A stretch of DNA of 64,000 bases, taken from positions 1,728 through 65,727 of the IMG/VR virus record IMGVR_UViG_3300044633_000115. One strand, 5' to 3'. Positions 39,201-47,701 of the stretch are shown piece after piece (the first letter of the stretch is position 1; each line of letters begins with the position of its first letter). A program made the position numbers and the translations under genes. The DNA comes from a virus. Taxonomy: Duplodnaviria; Caudoviricetes. The notes under the pieces are model-generated. The model was not told where the DNA came from and ran no database searches. It saw only the letters and a list, made by a program, of their open reading frames with translations.

Positions 39201-40700
39201 CAGGTTGTAGAAGATGCAACTCGCGCCGCGTTTTACTCTGGTGTAGAACGCCCACTAGTTGTAGCAATGAAGACTCTGTACAACTTACCCCGTGCGTTCT
39301 TTGGTGAAGTGACAGGTCGCAAATCACCAGTCGCCAAAGTACTCGAACAACTGGGTGTTATAGGGGATTACGATTTAAATATCTATAAGCCAACCACTGC
39401 AATCGAGAAAGATATTGGTGCTAAAAAACGCGGCATGGCTGGCGCAATTTTTCATACGTTAGAAGGTTTTACTAAAGCATCTGACCTTGCCGCTCGTATG
39501 GCTGTGTACGAAGAAACTATACGGGATACCAAATCCGAGCAGAACCCAGAGGGCGACACGCTGCTAGCGCAAACCCGCGCACGCGAATTGATTAACTTCC
39601 AACGCCGTGGTTCTAGCGGTTCAATGCGGGTAGCAACTCGTATCATCCCGTTCTTTAACGCCTACGCGCAGGGTATGGATGTGCTGTACCGTAGCGCATC
39701 TGGTATTGACTCATCATCCTCTATAGAACGTGGGGCTGCACGACGTTTATTCATGGGTCGCGTTGCCATGATGACTGCAATGGGTTTTGCTTACGCAATC
39801 GCAATGAGTGACGATGACGGTTACAAAGAAGCTACGGACGAGAAGCGTGATAACAATTGGTTACTACCTAACAATTACAAAATACCATGTCCAAAAGAAT
39901 TGGGATTCCTATTTAAAGTTATTCCAGAACGTATTGTTGAGTACATGAATCGTAAGGGTACACCCGAAGAACAAAGCGTAATGGATGCGCTGTCTGGGGT
40001 TATGAAAGCGGGTTACTCTGCTTACTCGACACCAACTACGATACCGTCATACGTTCGCCCAGTTATTGAAAACATGGCTAACTACTCGTTCTTCTTGCAA
40101 CGCGAGTTGGAATCTACTGATTTGCAAAAGAAACTGCCGGGCTATCGTTATACATCTACCACCTCAGAAGTAGCAAAGTCTTTGGGCGAAGCGACTAACG
40201 TCTCGCCAATCAAAATAGACAACTTGCTCAAAGGTATGTTCGGTATGGCAGGGTCAACTACGCTGTTGATAACAGACGCTATGCTCAACCCGACGCGCCC
40301 TGACCGCCCAATTTCTCAGCTACCCTTTGCTAGTATCTTTACGTACGACACAGTTGGTGGGCGGGCTAAGACTGAGTTCTATGACTTGCGTGAACGTGTA
40401 TCGCAGGCGGATTCCACGTTTAAAGACCTTCTGAAATACAACCCAGAAAAGGCGCAAAAGTTTCTAGAAGAGAACCAATCGCTTATTGCTATGGCACCGC
40501 TAATTAACAAGAGTTTAAAAGACCTTAGTGAAACACGTAGCGTGCGTATGGTACTTGAGCAAGGCACCGATGCCCAACTTGGTATAGATAGTGCAGAGCG
40601 CCGTAGACTTATTGACGAACTGCGGGGTTATGAAAACGACTCTCTCAGTTATGTGCGCGGGATTGAGAAACAAATGCGCGAGATGGATTTACTGCAATAA
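33258..40700 (+). CDS. Giant polyvalent ejection protein (L,D-transpeptidase-like, zincin metallopeptidase, ART-like, LPD38-like domains)
   Basis: 2480 aa; INDKP...TPAG.F...MHSVW...SFGCINV; ALHEVGAHLGL...ESVAY; FRKWFGNSKVVD...VYH...GIYFT...PVYL...GYDG...EIVAF...QIKS; IPFFNA..QG...IP.P.E.G...P.KID.L. Confidence 0.8.
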   Translation: MATFNAEAALKAGYTELQIAEFLGQQNKFNTAAALQAGYAPADIIKELSGPPPTTFGGQTKEFFKGIPSGAVNLLESAATGASALLPEEMEKSARKTISETAAAAKKPFEAARGYEETIPRKLGEAFGSTAPFFALGPAGLAGRIGATGLGVGAGAGEARTRAEQEGATGGQRAGATALGAVVGVTEMLPVFRFIDNLASPIKKGIMGTLTRAAATGGAEGLQEAAAQIAQNLIAKGVYKPDQAIIEQVGESAAYGTATGALVQVLTDMALGRRAGQGSSTPAGKPTDIEAEQQAKRLAVAQEQMGVKQGREARAGEKLLNAEEREAAKAETLAQKERLAEMDRLNAEARAQREADLKAAFPTDYADVMQRTDNYVELSKELDAISGSQTKEAKARRGQIQARMQQIVEEDTRVPRELKRIQDDQERLAKQAGFPAKKSAAAFEAAPPQMEMREAMLEPGQELPPQRDLQGNIITPEAPVAEPTKRFPTFKNEVDARRGMQRGEAALAKEATALRKEQEAAGQMTLAPRVEPKVTEQPVTPEPTLVQKPEPLTPTTVPTTVTPDVLGALGIGRTAIIRKPDHGIMGKDIADPAQAAEVKSILEAYRQGRSAPIQEKIDAYLARPEFQAVAPAQEITKGETNARQTEPSAVGDGVQVPDQTGEGKPARRTLTVKRNGMVSPKPDVGQPIVREAEQSAPVEEVQPQIEEVQPQVEEVQPQVEEVQPPAPPAEPKKQMGMFDQLVQPDTTKKSKGKKAAPVEEEAPAVEEVKFDPWDPKNYKGLAQEIEKESTRSKEEAAQDLIDEKKADRESKKSIKVKSKPIQEAVEEESTAEKDVRAEATTAAVKTLTGADKMVLAKHYKQPKFNKVAETSFVDDTIKAINEGIESVSKAIHKYVRKAMSGMLSVALVINPAFMGLPEAAIISSPATYTVEQAVKATIPAEAAKLMSPAAKTAYETILPAIKADLQARDKLFIINDKPSARTFLFTPDGQLLMQSKTLQGVGVGDLYKGNNDIVANRVTPAGLFNIEQRVGGKTAGEYDFGKVFGINDTEAFITIMHSVWTKEADAPQRLKALNNDSAADSRYSFGCINVPTATFKQMLEKHENQMNGAKMFIVPDNQARVKDFISGDIAKNTVREDKLLRQSVEPVTEKVTKTTSGAGNVQAGVDRTLYGKPEERFSRQEVMQGQTVQELTDEIAKGKGILANALRRMVQSGKVRLEEKHPSGEKIGGYFDGKTITLYADGIPSGDAMAVALHEVGAHLGLKNLLGVQQYNNIIKRIQAMATSKEASPARALAQRALSRIQQEDIVRGDEVIGDESVAYFIEELAKAQAKGELQTVGPARALWNQIKAAIQATINRVFGTNLGVDAFTPEQIGLLANAAFTKESFTAPKEGTADLASRTEGFTDAFRKWFGNSKVVDAKGAPQVVYHTGRFDSNEIISGAEKHRRSGATYPIGNEGIYFTDNPEYSAMYGRGEGQTMYPVYLSLQNPFVIEDQAQMSKLEKLKQVVLGKKQLPRNETNTNPRTDSMYITPEYKAKLIAMGYDGIINKPYTEIVAFEPTQIKSAIGNRGTYDINNPDIRFSRAQGFTPQDYDEVNRIANSYGPAAAPAVGGLLNDSLKGMNRAAESSGLFTAFRHKIVDKLASVEAKVSNKFSMGVRDFFGNLNPIVLARQAEDHGKVFMSFAVDGGIKFNKDGLVQTFKQDASVAQALKDIQAFGQDAGMSFDQAKEYISSILEGHRAYDIQENHNKPLEVSAVLREQQGKNKEADAERAKKIDLHLTAADIASLEAKYQKTPAIKEIQDTFNKTRMHTIDLLAQSGRISKEQADDWKANSAYVPFDRVFEDLGVNLLPRGKGLGVMTKTPEIKGSLDRRVKNVVDSYMGTLGWMVEEAMRHNASVKLLNEMELSGFAEKHPTINAAKNKDLVVRLYKDGKPVFYEVQNEYDILAFKQAPEINNFLVNGLTATSKILRVSVTAMPPFAIKQVVEDATRAAFYSGVERPLVVAMKTLYNLPRAFFGEVTGRKSPVAKVLEQLGVIGDYDLNIYKPTTAIEKDIGAKKRGMAGAIFHTLEGFTKASDLAARMAVYEETIRDTKSEQNPEGDTLLAQTRARELINFQRRGSSGSMRVATRIIPFFNAYAQGMDVLYRSASGIDSSSSIERGAARRLFMGRVAMMTAMGFAYAIAMSDDDGYKEATDEKRDNNWLLPNNYKIPCPKELGFLFKVIPERIVEYMNRKGTPEEQSVMDALSGVMKAGYSAYSTPTTIPSYVRPVIENMANYSFFLQRELESTDLQKKLPGYRYTSTTSEVAKSLGEATNVSPIKIDNLLKGMFGMAGSTTLLITDAMLNPTRPDRPISQLPFASIFTYDTVGGRAKTEFYDLRERVSQADSTFKDLLKYNPEKAQKFLEENQSLIAMAPLINKSLKDLSETRSVRMVLEQGTDAQLGIDSAERRRLIDELRGYENDSLSYVRGIEKQMREMDLLQ
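35179..35352 (+). CDS. Putative nested +1-frame gene (57 aa) inside the polyvalent protein gene
   Basis: AAGGAG at 35167-35172, 6 nt before ATG; MLDKLSHPQLETAFKYLTKPVKESPPDELSQLNEMEWFLLSRMLDSLLSEKLNSPLQ with two amphipathic helices. Confidence 0.55.
   Translation: MLDKLSHPQLETAFKYLTKPVKESPPDELSQLNEMEWFLLSRMLDSLLSEKLNSPLQ
35349..35432 (+). repeat. 21-bp tandem repeat x4 (EEVQPQV)
   Basis: (g/a)tagaagaagtacaaccacag four times, last copy degenerate. Confidence 0.95.
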
Positions 40701-40727
40701 AAAAACCCCCGATGATTAGTCGGGGGT
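40699..40727 (-). terminator. Rho-independent terminator at the convergence of late and replication modules
   Basis: ACCCCCGA-7 nt-TCGGGGGT stem with T-run on the - strand. Confidence 0.85.
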
Positions 40728-40777
40728 AATCCAGTTAAGGAGAGACAACGGCAACTGCTTGCCGCGTGCAAATGTTA

Positions 40778-40996
40778 TCACGCAACTCTCCATGCGCGTA
40801 CACCCCACATACCGTTTTCGATGCGTGCCCTGCACTGCACTCTCATATCAAATGACCTTGCTACCACGATGATGTGAGTAACTACAGCGCGGTTGTCTAG
40901 GCAAGGCACAAAGAAGGACGAGCCCGTTATGAACTTGCCCCACTCTATGTTTACTTGTACGCCCTCAACCTCAAGCGACTTTGAGGTTGTCGTCAT
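40778..40996 (-). CDS. Small hypothetical protein
   Basis: I.W..F..GSSFFVPC...GVRAWR; start uncertain. Confidence 0.65.
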   Translation of the reverse strand: MTTTSKSLEVEGVQVNIEWGKFITGSSFFVPCLDNRAVVTHIIVVARSFDMRVQCRARIENGMWGVRAWRVA

Positions 40997-43817
40997 CGGT
41001 GGTCTTAGCGATGATGGAATCTACGTCAAACACACTGCTAAGTGAGTCGTCTATCAGGATAGCGTTTACAGGTGGTGCTGCAACCATCAGACCCTTTGCC
41101 ATACGTTTCTTCACGACCTCTACGCGTACGCCATCGTTCTTCAGCGCGTTTAATGTTTCGTGGTAACTAACTTGGTTCTTTGAACACCAGTCTTTAAACG
41201 CACGTTGTACGAAGTACAGACACTTTGTATCCATATCGTATCGAATCATCAACGCATTCATCGGGGTCATCAACGGCGCTTTGGGTAGCCCGTTGTCTGC
41301 GGTCTTGTCGTGACCGACCAAGATGCTACGGATGTTGGAGTTGATAAACGAACCGATTGCAGAGATGCCGTCTGTTGGGATAGCCTTGATGTCGGTACTG
41401 CCCTTACGCAAGAACGCTATGAGCCACTTGAAGATGCGCTTAACGTCAATATCAATCAAGCCCAAACGCTGTGCGATAAACCCGCCTGTGATGGCAACAG
41501 CACCAAGGCTAGACCAGAAGCGTTCGCGTTGACCCAAGCCAGCCGCCGCATCCAGTTTAAGTTGGACATCATGCAAAACTTCCAACGCTTCAGCGCGATT
41601 CTCTACAAGATACTTCATGTAGATTTCACCAGCCAAACCAAAGTTTTTGTGCAACTTGGCAAACAAAGCGTCAGTAAATTCCTTAGAGAAGTTGGCATCG
41701 CGCTCAATCTTCAACTCGATGATACGCATCAACTCACCTTCTGGAAATTCCTTTAGGCTATACAGCTTGTCGTACAGGCTGGCGTTAGATGATGTGATTG
41801 CTATCAGTCGCCACATTGTGTTGTTGATACGCTCTGCGTTGACTTGTGACTCCATGCGATTCTTGCCACGCCCTTGGGTTGTAGCGTAAGCCAACTGCGA
41901 AACGATGTCTTCGCGCATGTTTGTGATTTCGTCAATCGTCACAGGCAAGTTGTTCATCACCCCAAAGCGGAAAATCTTTGAGTTGTATGTATCGTCATTT
42001 TGTAGAAGTAAGTCAAACGGCTCACCCCAGATACTGTTGATTGCCATCTGCACAGTTGACTTGCCTGTACCAGAACTGCCACTCAGTAAGTTAACGATAC
42101 CGCCCCGCACTTGGGTGAACTTCAGCAATGGTGTACCAAAGCCCAATAGAAAAGCAAACGCTTGTGCTTCCATGCCGGGGTTGTCGTAGAAATTAACGAC
42201 TGACTTCCACTCTGCCAAGTCACCCTTCTTACCCAGCAAACCACAAGTCTGCAAGATGGCAGTTGATGGCGGGCTGTACTTGACCCCAGTAGGCGTGATT
42301 TCTCTGTCGCCTAGGATGAACGTATTTTCTTCTGTCCAACCAAATTGTGTTCTAACTTTTTCTGCTTGTTCCATATTTTGTAACTCCTTTACCCAACGTG
42401 ATACATAAAACATGAGTTCGTTTACGCCTTTATCAAGGGCTACTACACCATGTTCACCAATCGCATCGCGAAATCGGTCTTTGGCGAGTGCCGCTGTAAG
42501 CGGTATCGAAAACTCCCTCACTCCATCTTTTGGCAGATGCAACCGCATCCACAACACTTCCCCTAAAGCTGGGTCAAACATTCGCTTGACCACATAAAAA
42601 TCGTTCTCATAGACTAACTTGTCTTGCCCGTCTTCTTGGCCTGCATCTGCTTTGCGGTAGATGCCACCATACTTGCCACGAAAAAAGGGAAAGGGATACG
42701 CGGGTATGTCGTACACCCGCTTTTCTTTTGTCTCTGCGTTAACTTGTTCTACTTTATTATCTGCTTCTGTAGCCGCTTCAATTTCTTTTCCCAACACGAT
42801 GGGCGAACCAAACTTACCCTTGTGCTTGCATGACCCGCAAGTGTTGGGGTGCAGGGTATCAAACATACCGCATGTGTATGGACCCTTGGTTAGACTCGCC
42901 TTGTATTCTGTCTGCCCCCTATCGTATGCGGGGTGCATGTTGGAGATGTCGTGGATGGCAGAGTCGCGGTCAATGCAATGCTGTGCAACCGATAAGCCCG
43001 CACGCCACAAGGGTTCTTCTATGTTGGTTTGGTCTTCTAGTATGCGGTTGAGTTGCGGGCAACCCTCTGCTTTGAGGGCGATGATTTTCTGAAAGCGAAA
43101 GGTATTGTTCTTACCAATCAGGCTTTTGCTAGTCTCGTCTAGCCCCTCGGCCTTTAAGTGTTCTGGTACCTCAAAGGGTAGCGCGTCAGCAGACTGGGTG
43201 GTTGTTGCACCCAGCGCCTTTGCGAACTCTATCAAATCAACCTTGCCATCACCAGCGATGTACTCGACAGGCAACGGGTTGGTTGGGTCTTTAAAGTGTG
43301 TGGTGTCAGGCACGCGCAGAATACGGGCGGAATCTGTGGTGCATGCTGAGTCGACGTGCAGTTGCTTTTCTAGGCAAACTTCTTTTAGGCGTTTCGCTAC
43401 GGGAATCCAAATGTCTTTCGGTATCGCTTCGTCTAGCACCCAGTACGTATGTAGTCCGGTGCCAGAGTTAATGCAGATAGGTTGTGGGAGATTGAGGTCA
43501 GCACAGAACTGACCGAGTGCCGCTATCGCATCGACCCGCGTGGCGTAGGGTTTGGTGGGTCCGCAATCTATGTCAAGCCAGAACGACTTGATGAATGATA
43601 CGTTTGCCGCCAACCTACGTGGTGGGTTGATTGCTGGGTCGAATGACGACATCGCGAAGTACGCGTCTGCGCCAGCACTATGGATAGTTTCAATCTCTGC
43701 AACGAGTGTGGGAATGTCATTTGCAAACCGTGTGCGAATCTTGCCGTGCATTATTCCAACTGCGCAGTATGTGCCTGTATTGGCAAGCACTGCGGTTAGA
43801 AATTCTGTTTTTGTCAT
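40971..43817 (-). CDS. Primase-helicase (AEP-like primase plus DUF927/P-loop helicase)
   Basis: FWLDIDCG, INSGTGLHTYW, RILRVP.T, Cys cluster C..C.H, Walker A GSSGTGKST, TIDE. Confidence 0.85.
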   Translation of the reverse strand: MTKTEFLTAVLANTGTYCAVGIMHGKIRTRFANDIPTLVAEIETIHSAGADAYFAMSSFDPAINPPRRLAANVSFIKSFWLDIDCGPTKPYATRVDAIAALGQFCADLNLPQPICINSGTGLHTYWVLDEAIPKDIWIPVAKRLKEVCLEKQLHVDSACTTDSARILRVPDTTHFKDPTNPLPVEYIAGDGKVDLIEFAKALGATTTQSADALPFEVPEHLKAEGLDETSKSLIGKNNTFRFQKIIALKAEGCPQLNRILEDQTNIEEPLWRAGLSVAQHCIDRDSAIHDISNMHPAYDRGQTEYKASLTKGPYTCGMFDTLHPNTCGSCKHKGKFGSPIVLGKEIEAATEADNKVEQVNAETKEKRVYDIPAYPFPFFRGKYGGIYRKADAGQEDGQDKLVYENDFYVVKRMFDPALGEVLWMRLHLPKDGVREFSIPLTAALAKDRFRDAIGEHGVVALDKGVNELMFYVSRWVKELQNMEQAEKVRTQFGWTEENTFILGDREITPTGVKYSPPSTAILQTCGLLGKKGDLAEWKSVVNFYDNPGMEAQAFAFLLGFGTPLLKFTQVRGGIVNLLSGSSGTGKSTVQMAINSIWGEPFDLLLQNDDTYNSKIFRFGVMNNLPVTIDEITNMREDIVSQLAYATTQGRGKNRMESQVNAERINNTMWRLIAITSSNASLYDKLYSLKEFPEGELMRIIELKIERDANFSKEFTDALFAKLHKNFGLAGEIYMKYLVENRAEALEVLHDVQLKLDAAAGLGQRERFWSSLGAVAITGGFIAQRLGLIDIDVKRIFKWLIAFLRKGSTDIKAIPTDGISAIGSFINSNIRSILVGHDKTADNGLPKAPLMTPMNALMIRYDMDTKCLYFVQRAFKDWCSKNQVSYHETLNALKNDGVRVEVVKKRMAKGLMVAAPPVNAILIDDSLSSVFDVDSIIAKTTDDDNLKVA

Positions 43818-43885
43818 GGCTTGGGTTTTCGCAGGGGGTGTTTATCTTGAGCCAATGAAGGCTCGACTTTTGAAGGGTGTATAGG

Positions 43886-44110
43886 TTACTGCTTTTCAAG
43901 GTAAGCAAATACCTTGTCGGCGATTTTTTGTTTGGGGTTGAAGTCTCCCGCAAACCAGCCGTACACCGCCACCGTACTTACCCCTGCTACTTTTGCAATC
44001 GTTGATACTGGGATACCAAGTTTGATGCATTTGCGCCCGATACGCACGCCAGACTTCTTTATGTCTGCTTGTTTGTTCTTATGAACTGTTGATAGTGAAT
44101 AGCCAATCAT
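43886..44110 (-). CDS. Cro/XRE-like HTH protein
   Basis: VSTIAKVAGVSTVAVYGWF.G...P. Confidence 0.75.
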   Translation of the reverse strand: MIGYSLSTVHKNKQADIKKSGVRIGRKCIKLGIPVSTIAKVAGVSTVAVYGWFAGDFNPKQKIADKVFAYLEKQ

Positions 44111-44148
44111 ATGATTCCTTGTATTTGGGGGCCGAAGCCCCCATAAAT

Positions 44149-45033
44149 TTACTCAGCGATGTCGTCATCAGCCCATTGGTCGAGAACACTAGCAACGCTC
44201 TTAGTCTCAACTTTCTTGGTGGCAACTTTCGTTGGCTCTTTAACAGGCTCTGCCACTGCAACAGCAGGCTTGGCAAAGGTAGCGGGCAACGCTGGCTTGG
44301 ACTCATCAGTGCCATCCACTTGAGCAACAGTCATAACAACTGCGTTCAACGCATCAGGCGATTGACCTTGGGCTTTGGCAGTAGCCATCTCTTCAACGCT
44401 CAGTGGGCGCACGGCCTTGAACGTCAACTTCGGTGTGGCGCTTGCTGTATCGAAGCGCATCTCTGTCACAACCGCAGTCACGGGGATACCATGTCCACCC
44501 AAGAACTTGGCGTACTGCTGTAGTGGCATCTTGCCGTTGTCGCCTGTGCCAAAGATTGACTGGGCTGGCAAGGTGAGTTGATACACATCACCTTCGATGT
44601 TGTTCTCCAATACCAACGCTACGCGGTGGCTGAAGCGGCAAGCACGGCTGTCGCCTTGACCAGAACCTTTGATGTTCTGTTGGCAGTTCTGGCAGTTAGT
44701 AGACTGCGGGTTCTTTGAAGACTTGTCAGGTGCAACACCATCGTTAGACCAACACACAGGCGCAGAGTTCTGACCTTCTGTGTAAGTACCAGAGTAGTAA
44801 CTGCGTGAGGTCTTCTCAGCAGAGCGAACCACAACTACGTTCATGGCGCGGTCGTCATTTTGTGCGACTTCTTTGCCACCAACAATCATGCGGAATACAC
44901 CGCCACGGATAGACACACGCTTACCGCTACCACCGCCACCCATCAGGGCTTTAGTTGTTGCATCGAGTTCCAAGTTTTGGAAGTGGGCTGGGAGGGCGTT
45001 ACCGCCTTGGGAAAACAGAGTGAGTTCAGACAT
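44149..45033 (-). CDS. ssDNA-binding/annealing protein (putative)
   Basis: SD AAGGAG before MSELTLF; KRVSIRGG.F, PVCWS.DG..P, C..C..N..GS...RAC; acidic C-terminal tail WADDDIAE. Confidence 0.6.
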   Translation of the reverse strand: MSELTLFSQGGNALPAHFQNLELDATTKALMGGGGSGKRVSIRGGVFRMIVGGKEVAQNDDRAMNVVVVRSAEKTSRSYYSGTYTEGQNSAPVCWSNDGVAPDKSSKNPQSTNCQNCQQNIKGSGQGDSRACRFSHRVALVLENNIEGDVYQLTLPAQSIFGTGDNGKMPLQQYAKFLGGHGIPVTAVVTEMRFDTASATPKLTFKAVRPLSVEEMATAKAQGQSPDALNAVVMTVAQVDGTDESKPALPATFAKPAVAVAEPVKEPTKVATKKVETKSVASVLDQWADDDIAE

Positions 45034-45229
45034 TTGTTGGCTCCTTGAGAATGTCAATGTTCATGTTGAAGTGGCGAGAAAGTTCGCTGGCAAAGAATCG
45101 ATAACTCTTACCAACGCGAACATACGGGATACGCTTAGCTGGGTCTTTCTCCCGAATCAAAGCGTGGATGGTTGACGGGGCGACTTGCAATAGCTTTGCC
45201 ACCTGCGCCAACGTGAGTGCAGTTTCCAA
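45026..45229 (-). CDS. Excisionase/MerR-like HTH protein
   Basis: LTLAQVAKLLQVAPSTI...IP..RVGKSYRF. Confidence 0.8.
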   Translation of the reverse strand: METALTLAQVAKLLQVAPSTIHALIREKDPAKRIPYVRVGKSYRFFASELSRHFNMNIDILKEPTNV

Positions 45230-45619
45230 TTAGGCTCTCCTTACAGTTACTGTGTATTTGTTATCTACGTTCAGACCCGGTGGTAAGAGGTCTGGGTTTT
45301 CACGTAGGAAGTTTTTCATGCTGAGTTGCGATATGCGTCTCTCAACAAGGTCAAGCGCATCGTGGTCACGAATGAACTTGTGCATAGAACCCCAGTCACC
45401 TGTCCAATAGCGGGTACTCATTGAACGAATGGCTGTGCCGTGCGCGGTCTTGATGCTTTCAGCACCAGTCGTCTTGCAGATTTCGAGTAGGTTAGATTCA
45501 ACCATCTCCATCTGTTCTTTTATTTCATTGTCTTCTGCTTCGTATGCGGCTTTAATTTCGGCACGCTTATCGCGCATCTTGATGTAAGCCCGTACGAGTT
45601 TGTCTGCTGTTATATCCAT
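45230..45619 (-). CDS. Replication-module coiled-coil protein (Gam-like, tentative)
   Basis: LV..YIKMRD, SIKT..GT, DW..F, LPPGLN motif set. Confidence 0.55.
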   Translation of the reverse strand: MDITADKLVRAYIKMRDKRAEIKAAYEAEDNEIKEQMEMVESNLLEICKTTGAESIKTAHGTAIRSMSTRYWTGDWGSMHKFIRDHDALDLVERRISQLSMKNFLRENPDLLPPGLNVDNKYTVTVRRA

Positions 45620-45646
45620 GTCTTTCCTTTCGCTGTTTTTTGGTTA

Positions 45647-45674
45647 ATCATACATCACAACTTTACTTTGTCAA
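45647..45674 (-). promoter_or_regulatory. sigma70-like promoter
   Basis: TTGACA (45674-45669)-16 bp-TATGAT; -35 overlaps the helicase stop codon. Confidence 0.65.
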
Positions 45675-47224
45675 GTCCTTTCTAGTTCGTCTTTATAAAG
45701 TTCCATTAAATTAAATTGTGCTTGCTCTTTACTATCAAGGGCTTTGTACAACTTAGCTTCTACTGGACTACCCATTAGTTTTACAACCAAGCATTTGTTT
45801 GTCTGGCCTGCACGGTGGATGCGGGCATTTGCTTGAGCGTATGTTTCGTAGGAAGTGATAGGCGACCACCACACTACGGTATTCGCGGCGTGCAAGGTGA
45901 CACCGTGTGACGCTGCTTGGGGCTGTATGACAAGCACCCGTGGGTCAGCGTCTTCTTGAAATCGTTTGAAGATGTCGGTGCGCCTGCCTGCGGGTACGCC
46001 CCCGTGGATGACTTCTACTGTGTAGTTATCTTTGCGTAGGTTGTCATACAAAAGTTCAATCGAATGTCTGAACGGCACAAACACAAGTACCTTCTTTGTG
46101 GATTCATCGATTACTTCTTTCAACACCTCGATGCGATTGCTGGCATCGAACGACACCACTTCATCGTTGTCTGTGTACACAGCACCGCAGGAAATCTGTA
46201 AGAGTTTGTTTAACTTAGCCGCCGCGTTAACTGCCGTGATTTCTTCACCTGCCGCTTGCACCGCCATGACCTTGCGTAACTTGTCGTAGTACTTGGTCTG
46301 CTGTGGGGTAAGTGGTACTTCTCGCTCGGTGTACAACATGTCTGGCAAGTCAAGGCATTGGTCTTTGGTAAAGCGTATAGCGGGCTGTAGCAGTGAGTTA
46401 ACCACCTGCTCTGCGTCTACCTTGGGCACCCACTTGAACTGGGTAATCTTATGCATCACTTGGTCGCGATACATAGTGAAACTACGGGGTGTAGTAGATG
46501 GGCTAACTAACTTGGCTAGGCCGTACGCATCAAGGGGCGACTGCGAAGCGGGCGTACCCGTCAACATCCACAACCACATGTGGGGTTTCAATATGCGGTT
46601 CAACACCTTCCAACGGGTTGTGGTCGCTGTCTTATAGGCATTGGCTTCGTCAATCACAATCATGTCAAAGCCTGCGTTTGCTATATCGTCTTCAACCACA
46701 GCTACACCATCAAAGTTAATGATGACGAACTCAGCATCTGAGTTGATGACTTGCTTACGCTTTTCTTTACTGCCGTAGGCTATGCCTACCTTGCGGTGCA
46801 TCGCCCCTTTAAAGATGTCGTTCTGCCATGCGGCTTGCATGATAGATAGTGGGCAGATGACTAGCACGCGCTTGATGTGCTTGGTGTTCATCAGATAGTC
46901 GCAAGCCCATGTAACGGATAGCGTCTTGCCTGTGCCCGGCTCGTTAAAACAAAATGCTCTGCGGTGCATGGTGAAGAACGCGGCAGTTTGTTTCTGATGG
47001 GTGAATGGTTGGTAGATACCGGGCCACTTGTACCTAGCCACGATGGGGGATGGCACGTTCTTGATACGTAAGTTTTTAAGTACCTGTGCTTCTTCCAAAC
47101 CCCAATGCACCATGACAGTACTTACGTCACCTTCCTCTAGCAATGCGCTCTTTGGGATTACGTTTAACACCTTGTGCGGGTTACGCAGTTTTAGTTTTAA
47201 TGCTTTACCTTCAATGATTTCCAT
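45671..47224 (-). CDS. SNF2-like superfamily 2 helicase
   Basis: PGTGKT, VIDEA, LTGTP, HGVTL, QANARIHRAGQ; SD GGAG before MEIIEG. Confidence 0.9.
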   Translation of the reverse strand: MEIIEGKALKLKLRNPHKVLNVIPKSALLEEGDVSTVMVHWGLEEAQVLKNLRIKNVPSPIVARYKWPGIYQPFTHQKQTAAFFTMHRRAFCFNEPGTGKTLSVTWACDYLMNTKHIKRVLVICPLSIMQAAWQNDIFKGAMHRKVGIAYGSKEKRKQVINSDAEFVIINFDGVAVVEDDIANAGFDMIVIDEANAYKTATTTRWKVLNRILKPHMWLWMLTGTPASQSPLDAYGLAKLVSPSTTPRSFTMYRDQVMHKITQFKWVPKVDAEQVVNSLLQPAIRFTKDQCLDLPDMLYTEREVPLTPQQTKYYDKLRKVMAVQAAGEEITAVNAAAKLNKLLQISCGAVYTDNDEVVSFDASNRIEVLKEVIDESTKKVLVFVPFRHSIELLYDNLRKDNYTVEVIHGGVPAGRRTDIFKRFQEDADPRVLVIQPQAASHGVTLHAANTVVWWSPITSYETYAQANARIHRAGQTNKCLVVKLMGSPVEAKLYKALDSKEQAQFNLMELYKDELERT

Positions 47225-47422
47225 GTCTTCTCCAATAGCAAATCGCTCCAAACGCGAATGTCGTTTGAAGATTTGGGTGGTACCTTACGGGTACCAATCG
47301 ACTAAATCACCTACTCGGAATACCGATAGAAAGGGGAATAGGCTTTAGCTGGTGGGGTTAAAAGGGTATCAAACTTTAACAAAGCGCCCCCGTAGTCTCA
47401 CTCTCACCTTACAGACTACGAA

Positions 47423-47701
47423 TTATTTTTTCTTGGGTTTGTTCACCTTCACAGTATGGTCGCTGTTGCGACTGAACGAACGGTTGGCGGATGCCGACTT
47501 CAACTGCAAGTTGGACTTGCCTGCGCTACCACCCTTGCTGAGTGGCACCTTGTGGTCGATGTCTTTACCCTTGCGGTCTATACCTTCGCGGTCGTACAAG
47601 TCACGGGCGTTCTCGCGCTTGCGTCTTGCAGGGGCTTCGCCCCTCTCGACTTGCTGTTTGTATTCTTTCTTGTAGGGGCGGGGCTTATTTACGTATGGCA
47701 T
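47423..47701 (-). CDS. Small HNH endonuclease
   Basis: GKDIDHKVPLSKGG...NL......NR. Confidence 0.8.
   Translation of the reverse strand: MPYVNKPRPYKKEYKQQVERGEAPARRKRENARDLYDREGIDRKGKDIDHKVPLSKGGSAGKSNLQLKSASANRSFSRNSDHTVKVNKPKKK

Noticed and set aside
45026-45229. Excisionase as evidence of an integration module
   Set aside because: No integrase or att-like context nearby; such HTH proteins are common in replication operons.
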